This document shows, in pieces, positions 10,886 through 20,054 of a stretch of DNA of 64,000 nt. The notes beneath the pieces were generated by a model. That model saw only the letters and a list, made by a program, of their open reading frames with translations, was not told where the DNA came from and did not search any database. Positions within the stretch are counted from its first letter, which is position 1. Each line of letters opens with the position of its first letter. The stretch covers positions 3,872,001-3,936,000 of the forward strand of contig OY762721.1 of assembly GCA_963666345.1 (NCBI GenBank). The letters run 5' to 3'. Origin of the DNA: Desulfatiglandales bacterium (GTDB taxonomy: Bacteria; Desulfobacterota; DSM-4660; Desulfatiglandales; Desulfatiglandaceae). The translations under genes were made by a program, and so were the position numbers.

Positions 10886-12733
10886 ATGGAAAAGTTGGAT
10901 TCAAAGACCGACGGCGCATCGGCAGATATCGTTGGTCAGAATATTGACAAACTCAAACAATTTTTCCCTGATGTTTTCACCGAGGGAAACATCGACTTCG
11001 ATGTTCTGCGAGAGATGCTGGGCGACTATATAGACGACCGCCAGGAACGTTACAGCTTCAACTGGAACGGCAAGAGCCGCGCCCGTCGAATCGCCCAGAC
11101 GCCCTCGACTGGGACTTTGCGTCCATGCCCGGAAGAATCGATTAACTGGGGCACCACGCAAAACCTATTCATTGAAGGAGATAACCTGGAAGCCCTTAAA
11201 CTGCTTCAGAAGTCCTACCACAAGCGGGTCAAGATGGTCTACATCGACCCGCCGTATAATACGGGGAATCAGTTCATTTATCCTGACAAGTTCCAGGACA
11301 ATTTGCGGACCTATCTTCGTTACACAGGGCAAGTTGATGAGGAAGGCCTGAAGCTCTCGGCCAACTCGGAGGCTTCGGGCCGCTATCACACCAACTGGCT
11401 CAACATGATGCTGCCTCGTCTCAAACTTGCTCGGAATCTTCTCAGAGAGGATGGCGCTATTTTCCTATCTATCGATGATCATGAAGTAGCTAAGCTACGC
11501 CTTTTGTGCGACGAGGTGTTTGGGGAGGAAAATTTCGTTGTTTGTATCGTGTGGGAAAAAATACAGACTCGGAAAAATTCTGCGCGGTATTTCTCTGAAT
11601 CTCATGATTATATCCTTTGCTATGCCAGGAGCAAAGAAGCATGGAAGCGCAACCTTATTCCAAGAGGCGAGGACACCAACTATTCAAATCCTGACAACGA
11701 TGCAAATGGCCCGTGGAAACTGGACCGCATCTACGCAAACAACCCATACAGCGCCGATTACACTATTACCAGACCTGACGGAAAGAAGCTTAAGAGACCG
11801 GAAGGTAAATTCTGGCGTTATAGTAAAGAAAGCATAAAGAGATTCATTGAGGAGGGGAGGCTTGTCTGGAGCAAAAAGGGCACGTATCCACATGTAAAAA
11901 GATATCTCTCGGAGGTTCAAGATGGCCTTGTGCCGACCTCCCTTTTTGATCGTAAATTTGCGGGTGACAATGGCGCTGCAAGCCGCGAGCTGTCAGATCT
12001 ATTGGGTAGCGACAAAATTATGTCCTACCCGAAGCCATCTCAGTTGATGCTCAGACTGCAGCAGACCGCAACAACCAACCAAACTCAAGATATCGTTCTT
12101 GATTTTTTTTCTGGATCGTGCAGCACCGCACACTCGGTACTTCGGCTCAATAGGGAGGATAGTGGCAATCGCCGTTTCATTATGGTGCAGTTACCCGAAC
12201 CATGCGAGAAGAACTCGGACGCCTATGAAAGCGGGTACAAGAACATCTCTGAGATCGGGAAGGCGCGTATCCGGCGTGTTATTGAGAAAATGGACGTTGA
12301 CGCCTCAGATCTCGACCTCGGCTTCAAGGTCTTCAAACTCGACTCCAGTAACATTAAGCCTTGGGACGCGGACTTTGACAACCTCGAAAATTCTCTGTTC
12401 AATGCCGTGGAGAACATCAAGCCAGACCGTAGTGAAACAGATATCCTTTACGAACTATTGCTCAAATATGGGTTGGACTTAGCGGTACCCATCAAGGAGA
12501 GTGAAATTGCTAAAAACACAGTTTACGTAATCGGGGCTGGGGCTCTCGTCGTCTGCCTATCCAAACAGATCAGTCTTGAGGTCGTCGAAGGCATCGCTGC
12601 TTTGAAGGATGAACTAAAGCCGGAGGTGATGCGGGTAGTCTTCAAGGACTCCGGATTTGTCGATGATGTAGTCAAGACGAACGCCGTCCAGATTCTGCGA
12701 CAGGCCGGCATTGATGATATTAAGAGCCTGTGA
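10886..12733 (+). CDS. mod: Type III R-M methyltransferase (Mod)
   Basis: IEGDNL, YIDPPYNTG (motif IV), DFFSGS (motif I), C-terminal VVFKDSGF. Confidence 0.95.
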   Translation: MEKLDSKTDGASADIVGQNIDKLKQFFPDVFTEGNIDFDVLREMLGDYIDDRQERYSFNWNGKSRARRIAQTPSTGTLRPCPEESINWGTTQNLFIEGDNLEALKLLQKSYHKRVKMVYIDPPYNTGNQFIYPDKFQDNLRTYLRYTGQVDEEGLKLSANSEASGRYHTNWLNMMLPRLKLARNLLREDGAIFLSIDDHEVAKLRLLCDEVFGEENFVVCIVWEKIQTRKNSARYFSESHDYILCYARSKEAWKRNLIPRGEDTNYSNPDNDANGPWKLDRIYANNPYSADYTITRPDGKKLKRPEGKFWRYSKESIKRFIEEGRLVWSKKGTYPHVKRYLSEVQDGLVPTSLFDRKFAGDNGAASRELSDLLGSDKIMSYPKPSQLMLRLQQTATTNQTQDIVLDFFSGSCSTAHSVLRLNREDSGNRRFIMVQLPEPCEKNSDAYESGYKNISEIGKARIRRVIEKMDVDASDLDLGFKVFKLDSSNIKPWDADFDNLENSLFNAVENIKPDRSETDILYELLLKYGLDLAVPIKESEIAKNTVYVIGAGALVVCLSKQISLEVVEGIAALKDELKPEVMRVVFKDSGFVDDVVKTNAVQILRQAGIDDIKSL

Positions 12734-12740
12734 GGTGTAT

Positions 12741-15700
12741 ATGATGAAATTTCAATTTGATCCGAACCTGGATTTCCAACACGAAGCGATCAATGCTGTG
12801 GTGGATCTTTTCGATGGGCAGGAAGTCTGTCAGACAAACTTTACAGTTGCACTTTTAAAGCATGATCCTCAAACTGTTTTGCCTGGGATGGAAAACGATT
12901 TAGGTATTGGCAACCGACTGCGTCTTTTAGATGAAGATATCCTCAAAAACATTAAAGAGGTCCAACTCCGTAACGGCCTCGCCCATTCCGAGTCGTTGGA
13001 CTCCATGGATTTCACGGTGGAAATGGAGACCGGAACCGGCAAGACGTATGTCTACCTGCGTACAATTTTCGAGATAAATCGGTTATACGGCTTCACGAAA
13101 TTCATCATTGTAGTGCCTTCGGTGGCAGTCAAGGAAGGCGTATACAAATCGCTCCAGATGACAGAGACGCACTTTAAGGGACTCTATGAAAACGTCCAAT
13201 TTGATTATTTCGTTTATGATTCCCAGAAACTCGGCCAGGTGCGAAACTTTGCTACCAGCGATTATATCCAGATCATGGTTATCAATATCGATGCTTTTCG
13301 CAAAAGCTTTACCGATCCTGAGAAAAAAGACAAGGCCAACATTATCCACCGGCCCCATGACAGGATGACGGGGAACCGTCCTATCGAATTCATCCAGGCG
13401 ACGAATCCTATTGTTATTATCGATGAACCTCAGAGCGTAGATACGACCAGCAAAAGCAAGGAGGCAATCGCATCTTTAAATCCGCTCTGCACCCTTCGTT
13501 ATTCTGCCACTCATGTGGACAAATATCATATGATGTACAAGCTCGACTCAGTGGACGCTTATCAGAGAAAGCTTGTGAAACAGATCGAGGTGTCTGGCAT
13601 TGAAGTAAAGGATAGCCACAATAAGGCATTCATCCGGTTACTTAAGGTTGATAATAGGAAGAGTCCGATTATCGCTCAGATTGAAATTGACGCGATGCAG
13701 CGCAACGGTGACGTCAAGCGAGTGAAAAAGACAATCCGCAGCGGGGATGACCTGCTGGAGCTTTCCGGAGGCCGGAGCGTTTACGATGGTTATATCATAG
13801 AAGACATCTATTGCGAAAAAGGAAATGAGTACATTAGCTTCACCAGCAAGCCTGAAATTATTAAGCTGGATCAAGCCATTGGAGAAGTAAACGAAGATGA
13901 ATACAAACGGCTGCAAATCCGGAAAACCATTGAAAAACACCTTGAAAAGGAGATGGAGCTTCGGCCTAAGGGACTGAAGGTGTTAAGCCTATTTTTTATA
14001 GATCGAGTTGCAAATTACCGCTGGTATGATGATGAAGGTAATCCACAACTTGGAAAATATGCAAAAATATTTGAAGAGGAATATAAACGGGAGGTTCGCA
14101 AGCCAAAATACAACATTTTGTTCGAGGGTGCTGATCTTGAAACCGCCGCTGAAGGGGTTCATGACGGCTACTTTGCGGTGGATAAGAAGAAGACGACTTC
14201 GGGGAAATCAATTGAAATATTTAAGGACTCACGTGGAGAAGGAAAAACGGTCGCCGATGAGAGTGCTTACCAGCTCATCATGCGGGACAAAGAAAAACTT
14301 TTAAGCTTTGACACAAAGCTGAAATTCATCTTTTCCCATTCTGCATTAAAAGAAGGATGGGATAATCCTAATGTTTTTCAGATTTGCACGCTCAACGAGA
14401 CCACATCGGTCATGAAAAAACGGCAGGAAATTGGACGTGGACTGCGAATAGCAGTGAACCAGGACGGTGAGCGAGTCCATGGTTTTGATGTGAACAGACT
14501 TACCGTGATGGCTAATGAATCTTATGAAGATTTTGCAAAACAGCTGCAAAAAGAGATCGAAAAAGAAACAGGTATAAAGTTCGGTGTGGTCGAGCAGCAT
14601 CTTTTCGCAAACATCGCGGTACAGACAGAAGACCACCAGCCCAAGTATCTTGGGATCGATGCGTCTCAGTTAATATGGAATCATTTAAAATCTAAAGGGT
14701 ATATAGATGCGAAAGGTAAAGTCCAGGATTCATTACGAGCCGACTTGAAGGAAGGCAATGTGGACCTGCCTGATGAGATGGCGGACTATTCCGGTCAGAT
14801 TTTGGCCGTTCTTCGGAAGGTTGCCGGGAAACTTAACATCAAGAATGCTGATGAACGCAAAAAGGTTGAACTGAACAAGGCCGTATTCCTCAGTGAGGAG
14901 TTCAAACAATTATGGGACAGGATAAAATACCGGACCACTTTCAGAGTTAATTTTGACTCCAAAAAACTGATCGAAAAATGTGCAGATGACATTTGCAAGT
15001 CACTAATGGTGGGGCGGGCAAGATTCATCACCAGGACGGCGACTCTTGATGTGGATAGGGGGGGCGTTAGTGCCGATGAAGTCCATAAAAGCACATCGAT
15101 TTACGATGCACACGACTATGACCTCCCCGATATTGTAAGCTATTTGCAGAACGAAACTAACCTCACTCGCCGATCGATCGTTGATATTATTATTGGCAGC
15201 GGACGCCTGCAGGATTTTAAGCATAACCCGCAGAAATTCATCGAGCAAGTTGCAGCTATCATAAAACACCAGATACGGATCTTTATTGTAGATGGAATCA
15301 AGTATCAAAAAATAGGGGATCAGCATTATTATGCCCAAGAGCTATATGAGGAAAACGAACTCTACGGCTATCTCAGTAAAAATATGCTTGAAAGCAAAAA
15401 GTCAGTTTTTAACCATGTTGTATATGATTCTGATGTGGAGGCCGATTTCGCGAGATCATTCGAGTTAAGCGATGATATTAAGGTCTACGCTAAACTGCCA
15501 GGATGGTTCAAAATCGATACACCACTCGGGAGTTACAATCCCGATTGGGCAGTTCTTGTCGAATTAGATGGTCAGCCACGGCTATATTTTGTGGTGGAGT
15601 CTAAGGGTAGTCTCTTTAGTGAAGCTCTTAGGGTGTCTGAAAACGCCAAAATCAAATGCGGACGTGAGCACTTCAAAGCATTGGAGAGCGATGTAGGGTT

Positions 15701-15755
15701 CATGATTGCAAATAATTTCACAACATTCTCGGAAAAGGTCACTGCGACCGAATAG
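12741..15755 (+). CDS. res: Type III R-M restriction endonuclease/helicase (Res)
   Basis: METGTGKT, IIDEPQ, YSAT, EGWDNPNVF, QEIGRGLR, C-terminal NPDW...VESKG nuclease; GAGG RBS before ATG 12741. Confidence 0.95.
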   Translation: MMKFQFDPNLDFQHEAINAVVDLFDGQEVCQTNFTVALLKHDPQTVLPGMENDLGIGNRLRLLDEDILKNIKEVQLRNGLAHSESLDSMDFTVEMETGTGKTYVYLRTIFEINRLYGFTKFIIVVPSVAVKEGVYKSLQMTETHFKGLYENVQFDYFVYDSQKLGQVRNFATSDYIQIMVINIDAFRKSFTDPEKKDKANIIHRPHDRMTGNRPIEFIQATNPIVIIDEPQSVDTTSKSKEAIASLNPLCTLRYSATHVDKYHMMYKLDSVDAYQRKLVKQIEVSGIEVKDSHNKAFIRLLKVDNRKSPIIAQIEIDAMQRNGDVKRVKKTIRSGDDLLELSGGRSVYDGYIIEDIYCEKGNEYISFTSKPEIIKLDQAIGEVNEDEYKRLQIRKTIEKHLEKEMELRPKGLKVLSLFFIDRVANYRWYDDEGNPQLGKYAKIFEEEYKREVRKPKYNILFEGADLETAAEGVHDGYFAVDKKKTTSGKSIEIFKDSRGEGKTVADESAYQLIMRDKEKLLSFDTKLKFIFSHSALKEGWDNPNVFQICTLNETTSVMKKRQEIGRGLRIAVNQDGERVHGFDVNRLTVMANESYEDFAKQLQKEIEKETGIKFGVVEQHLFANIAVQTEDHQPKYLGIDASQLIWNHLKSKGYIDAKGKVQDSLRADLKEGNVDLPDEMADYSGQILAVLRKVAGKLNIKNADERKKVELNKAVFLSEEFKQLWDRIKYRTTFRVNFDSKKLIEKCADDICKSLMVGRARFITRTATLDVDRGGVSADEVHKSTSIYDAHDYDLPDIVSYLQNETNLTRRSIVDIIIGSGRLQDFKHNPQKFIEQVAAIIKHQIRIFIVDGIKYQKIGDQHYYAQELYEENELYGYLSKNMLESKKSVFNHVVYDSDVEADFARSFELSDDIKVYAKLPGWFKIDTPLGSYNPDWAVLVELDGQPRLYFVVESKGSLFSEALRVSENAKIKCGREHFKALESDVGFMIANNFTTFSEKVTATE

Positions 15756-15895
15756 ACAGATATAAAAAAGGAGAACCCAAAACCAGATAAACAAGATCTT
15801 TTAGACTCAAGTTGTTTGAAGGTAACGGAGGTTTTCTCGATTATAATACATTCCTTCCGCTCATAGTTAAAAATGCATCACCGAAGGAGGATGCC

Positions 15896-18055
15896 ATGCG
15901 GATGACAAAACTTACCATCTCAAACTACCGAGCTCTCAGAGATGTTTCGATTCCTTTGTCTCATTTCGGATGTTTGATCGGTGAGAACAATTCTGGAAAA
16001 TCATCCTTTCTCCAAGCATTATCCCTTTTTTTCTCCGGATCGAAGCTCTCTTCTAAAGATTATTTTGATGAATCACGCCCGATAAGCATTGAGATTGTTT
16101 TCGAAAATATTGAGGATGCTGACTTGGCACGTCTTGCCGAAGAGCACCGTACAAGGGTCAGTGGTATCCTAAATGATGGTCGTCTTGTACTCGTGCGATC
16201 CTATGGAACGGACGGAAAGAGCTCCCTGTTCTACGATATGCTCATGCCAACTGATGAGCGATTTTCCTCTGAGAGTTTAGGAAAGTTACTAAAAGGGCAA
16301 CGCCCTGGACCTGCATTTGTTGAAAAAGTTTCGAATACATTTCCAGAAATAAAGGACCTCATCGACACAAGCATGAATCAAGAGGCAATGAGGCAAAAAA
16401 TCCAGGATTTAGCTGACTCTTTGCCTGATGATCAGAAAGTAGCCACAGACATTCCCCTGCCAACTGGGATTGATAAAAGCATCATTCCAATGCTTCCAGA
16501 CCCTATATACATTCCGGCGGTCAAGGATCTGGCTGATGACATTAAAACAACGGAAAGCACCCCGTTCGGTAAAATACTGGCAATTCTGTTACGTGCTGTG
16601 GAGACTAAACTTCCAAATGCGCAAAAGTTGTTTGAAGAATTGAATTCAAAGCTCAACCGGGTTCAGAAGGCAGACGGAACAGTTGTTGACGGTCGCTTAG
16701 ACGAGGTCAAGCTTATCGAGTCGACAGTGGAGAAGTACGTCCGTGATAGTTTCGCCGATGTCGCGCTTCGTATAACAATACCCCCACCGGAATTAAAAAC
16801 TGTGTTCTCATCGGCCCGAATTTACGCGAATGATGGGGTTGATGGCTTGATTGAAACAAAAGGCGACGGCCTGCGGCGTGCTATTGTCTTTTCTATACTT
16901 CGTTCCTATGTCGAGCTGAATACAAAACTTGCGCCTACTGAAAGCGTTGAAGAAAAAGAACAGAAAAATATTGCACCAGCTTCATATTTGCTTCTTTTTG
17001 AAGAGCCTGAGCTATTCTTACATCCTAAAGGTCAACACATTTTGTTTGATGCATTGAGAGTGTTTGCCAAGGATCACCATGTGGTAGTAACCACACATTC
17101 CCCCATGTTTTTCGGTCCGAATGCCACAGAGACTTTTGTTAAGCTATACAAAAAAACGGATTTGAATGTTTCTGAAAAGCCGTTTACTCAAGTCCAGCCA
17201 GTAGACCTATCAGACATGAGATCCAAGGATCAGTTCCAGATTATATGCTTCGAGAACAATAATGCAGCATTTTTCGCTGATACGGTCATACTTGTCGAGG
17301 GTGACAGCGATTATCTGTTATTACCACATATCGCAAGAACCTTAAATCCAACCTGGGACATCGCGAAAATCCCTGTTCATTTTGCGCGAATTACCGGTAA
17401 GGGAAACATTCGACGCTATAGAGAATTCTTCAGACAATTTGATGTTAGGGTGCCTGTTATTGCAGACCTCGATCTACTGCTTAGCGGATTTCACCATGTC
17501 TCGCCGTCTAAAGAAATAAAATCCGCATGCAACAATCTTCTGGTGAAATTGGATGAGTTGATTGAACCTGATGCTGAAAATGAGGAGCCGACGGCTACGG
17601 AAGCACGTAAAGCGCATGATTCCGGAGAGTTAAGAGGGTTATGGAAAACTGTCCAAGAACGGCAAGCTCAATTTATAAAAGGTGAATGTGCACAAGACGA
17701 CCTCAACCAAGCTGTAGATAATTTCTTTGCCTGGCAGCGCAAGTCGGACCGTCTCGCCATATTGATGAATAGTGACGACTCGCAAATGCTGCGAATGAAA
17801 TGGCAGCTCCTTGAAATGTTAAGAAAGGAAGATGTGTATGTTTTGGAGCGTGGTGCGATTGAGAATTATTATCCAGATTATATTGCGGGACCCGATAAGC
17901 CATCCAAAGCAGAGGACTTCTGTGTGAAATGTAAGACCCGCGATGCAGTGCTCGACTGTTGCATTGAGCAGGAATTTGAGCGTGATGGTGAATTTATGAA
18001 AGAATCGGAATTTAATTTGATTTTTAGTTCCATCTTCCACGAAACGGAAAAGTAG
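15896..18055 (+). CDS. OLD-family ATP-dependent nuclease (ABC ATPase + TOPRIM)
   Basis: GENNSGKSS Walker A, KGDGLRR signature, FEEPELFLHP Walker B, TTHSP, TOPRIM LVEGDSD and DLD; AGGAGG RBS before ATG 15896. Confidence 0.9.
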   Translation: MRMTKLTISNYRALRDVSIPLSHFGCLIGENNSGKSSFLQALSLFFSGSKLSSKDYFDESRPISIEIVFENIEDADLARLAEEHRTRVSGILNDGRLVLVRSYGTDGKSSLFYDMLMPTDERFSSESLGKLLKGQRPGPAFVEKVSNTFPEIKDLIDTSMNQEAMRQKIQDLADSLPDDQKVATDIPLPTGIDKSIIPMLPDPIYIPAVKDLADDIKTTESTPFGKILAILLRAVETKLPNAQKLFEELNSKLNRVQKADGTVVDGRLDEVKLIESTVEKYVRDSFADVALRITIPPPELKTVFSSARIYANDGVDGLIETKGDGLRRAIVFSILRSYVELNTKLAPTESVEEKEQKNIAPASYLLLFEEPELFLHPKGQHILFDALRVFAKDHHVVVTTHSPMFFGPNATETFVKLYKKTDLNVSEKPFTQVQPVDLSDMRSKDQFQIICFENNNAAFFADTVILVEGDSDYLLLPHIARTLNPTWDIAKIPVHFARITGKGNIRRYREFFRQFDVRVPVIADLDLLLSGFHHVSPSKEIKSACNNLLVKLDELIEPDAENEEPTATEARKAHDSGELRGLWKTVQERQAQFIKGECAQDDLNQAVDNFFAWQRKSDRLAILMNSDDSQMLRMKWQLLEMLRKEDVYVLERGAIENYYPDYIAGPDKPSKAEDFCVKCKTRDAVLDCCIEQEFERDGEFMKESEFNLIFSSIFHETEK

Positions 18056-18148
18056 TAGCAAAATGGTGTTAAAAAACAACGTGCCCAAATAGAAGACAGG
18101 GCAACTGAAACCCACGAATTTTTTCCGACCCTTTCAAATGCAGAAAGG

Positions 18149-19831
18149 ATGCGAAACATGACAAAGGAACCATCCCGTAATCAACAGCCTCAAAACACAA
18201 GTAATGTATTATCTACTCAACCGCCTTTTATCTGGCCGGAAGCGAGATGGCATACCAAAGACATTATTTACGAATACCACCCCCCATTCGATTCTTCCCT
18301 TATGGATGCTGATTTAATCAATGGTGTTATCGTGGGGGCTTGGAATGGGACCGTTGAATGGGTCAATACCTTAATGAAAAAAGACGGGGCCTGCGTGGTT
18401 GTTTTGGTTTTGGTTGTCTATCCTGCTTGCCCTACGCGAGAGGAGCATCTCCGGAGGTTATTGCAATTTCAAAATCAGCTAATTGGGGATGACAAAAAGC
18501 TCGAATTGCGTCTTCTGCTGTTTGACCGGTCCCATGGGAAGGATTTTGAGAGGATGGTGCTTCCACCCACCGTTCTTCAGGCGCATGATTCGAAATCAGG
18601 CAAGACCATGTTTTGCGTAGGTTCTGTTGGTGACTCCGGGCGAGATAAGGCAGAACTCGGCAGCTTCAATATGGCTTTTCAGCCGGACGACGGCTTACGT
18701 AACGAGTGGAGGAAATGGTTCCAATTTATTTTTTCTAGCTCCGCGCCACTTATGTCTGAGACCGCTCAAATACCACATCTCATACCCGAGGAGGGAGACC
18801 CTGCTGCAGCCAAGATATGGACTGCATTCAGTAACATATGCTTAGGATCATACGGAAATGAAGTTGCTCTGGCAAAGATAAATCCTGAAACAGGTGAGGT
18901 TTCGAAAGAACCGGATGGAACAGCCGTTGAACCATGGGACGATAACAAAACCAAGCTTGATCCCCTGGCGCAGTTGCTTCAACAGGTTTACTCGAACGGG
19001 TACTTGGTCACTATAGATGAAAGAACTAGAATCAAGCCCTTGGCCACCCCCGTGAAAGCTGCGTTGCTTGGCCAGAGGTCGGAACGAACAGTCGGGGCCC
19101 TTACTCAAAAGCAATCCTTCAAGCTGCAGGTTTTGGATGAATTACTAGACAAACAAATTGAAAAATGTCGTTTGGTTAACGATATTATGGAGTTGCTTAG
19201 CTACCTGCTGAGCATGGGGAATAGGTGGCTCCCTGAGGCTGCAAAAAGCCTTTTGGAGAAAGAACTGAAAGCGCGTAATGAAAGAGGCTGCGCCATCCTT
19301 AAGGAGGGGCTTGGTGGAAATGACGTTCGTGAGTTCATAAAAAAACGCCGGGATAAAATCCGGGATGATCTGGATGCGATGTATCGACAGCTTGGCCAAG
19401 GAAAATTTGTCCCAAACGACAGGGTTAAGAGCGTACTTGATGAAATCGAAGATCGTCTCACTGTAGCCCTGAATTCTCGCATCACCCCCTGTGCCATATG
19501 CAACAAGATCGCTCCACCCGATCTAACTTCCAGCGTTCCATCCGAGAACTGGAGCCAGCCGTTCTCTCTTCTGCTTCGATCGGCCCGCCTTATGCGAGAG
19601 TCCTTGATCGACAGCTATTTCCCCCGTAGGTTCAAGGGCCTTTCATTTAATGAAAATAATTTCCGAGATGCTATGAACATCTTTGACGATGCAATCGTCA
19701 AGGCGCCTTACTTGCATAGGGCTCGCGCTGAGCTGTTGGACCTCGAAAAGATTGAAAAGAGTTCCGAAGGACCAAAAGAAAAATGTACCGCCGTCTGGCG
19801 TATCATAACTGGAAAATTGCAGCCTGATTAG
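18149..19831 (+). CDS. Hypothetical protein, possible degenerate PLD-like N-terminal domain
   Basis: 560-aa ORF inside the defence cluster; FCVGSVGD...FNMAF...WRKWFQFIF echoes the PLD GS.N...N.E...WF..LW layout but has no HKD. Confidence 0.65.
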   Translation: MRNMTKEPSRNQQPQNTSNVLSTQPPFIWPEARWHTKDIIYEYHPPFDSSLMDADLINGVIVGAWNGTVEWVNTLMKKDGACVVVLVLVVYPACPTREEHLRRLLQFQNQLIGDDKKLELRLLLFDRSHGKDFERMVLPPTVLQAHDSKSGKTMFCVGSVGDSGRDKAELGSFNMAFQPDDGLRNEWRKWFQFIFSSSAPLMSETAQIPHLIPEEGDPAAAKIWTAFSNICLGSYGNEVALAKINPETGEVSKEPDGTAVEPWDDNKTKLDPLAQLLQQVYSNGYLVTIDERTRIKPLATPVKAALLGQRSERTVGALTQKQSFKLQVLDELLDKQIEKCRLVNDIMELLSYLLSMGNRWLPEAAKSLLEKELKARNERGCAILKEGLGGNDVREFIKKRRDKIRDDLDAMYRQLGQGKFVPNDRVKSVLDEIEDRLTVALNSRITPCAICNKIAPPDLTSSVPSENWSQPFSLLLRSARLMRESLIDSYFPRRFKGLSFNENNFRDAMNIFDDAIVKAPYLHRARAELLDLEKIEKSSEGPKEKCTAVWRIITGKLQPD

Positions 19832-20054
19832 GCGCACGTCCATAAATAATTGGAACTGACCTAAAAGCAGATGGCATTCAATAAAGAAATTTAAAATGAA
19901 TTAACAACTATAAATTATTAGCGCACCCTATGGCTTATCACGGGACGCTGGTAAAAATGTAAAAATGGGCGCTCCTTCTTTTATGCATCTCTATCAATAT
20001 TGATTGTTTTTAATTTATACCGTATTTTAATGAACCTTTGCTAAGGGAAATTTT

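Noticed and set aside
15896..18055. Gabija system
   Set aside because: No UvrD-like GajB follows the OLD nuclease.
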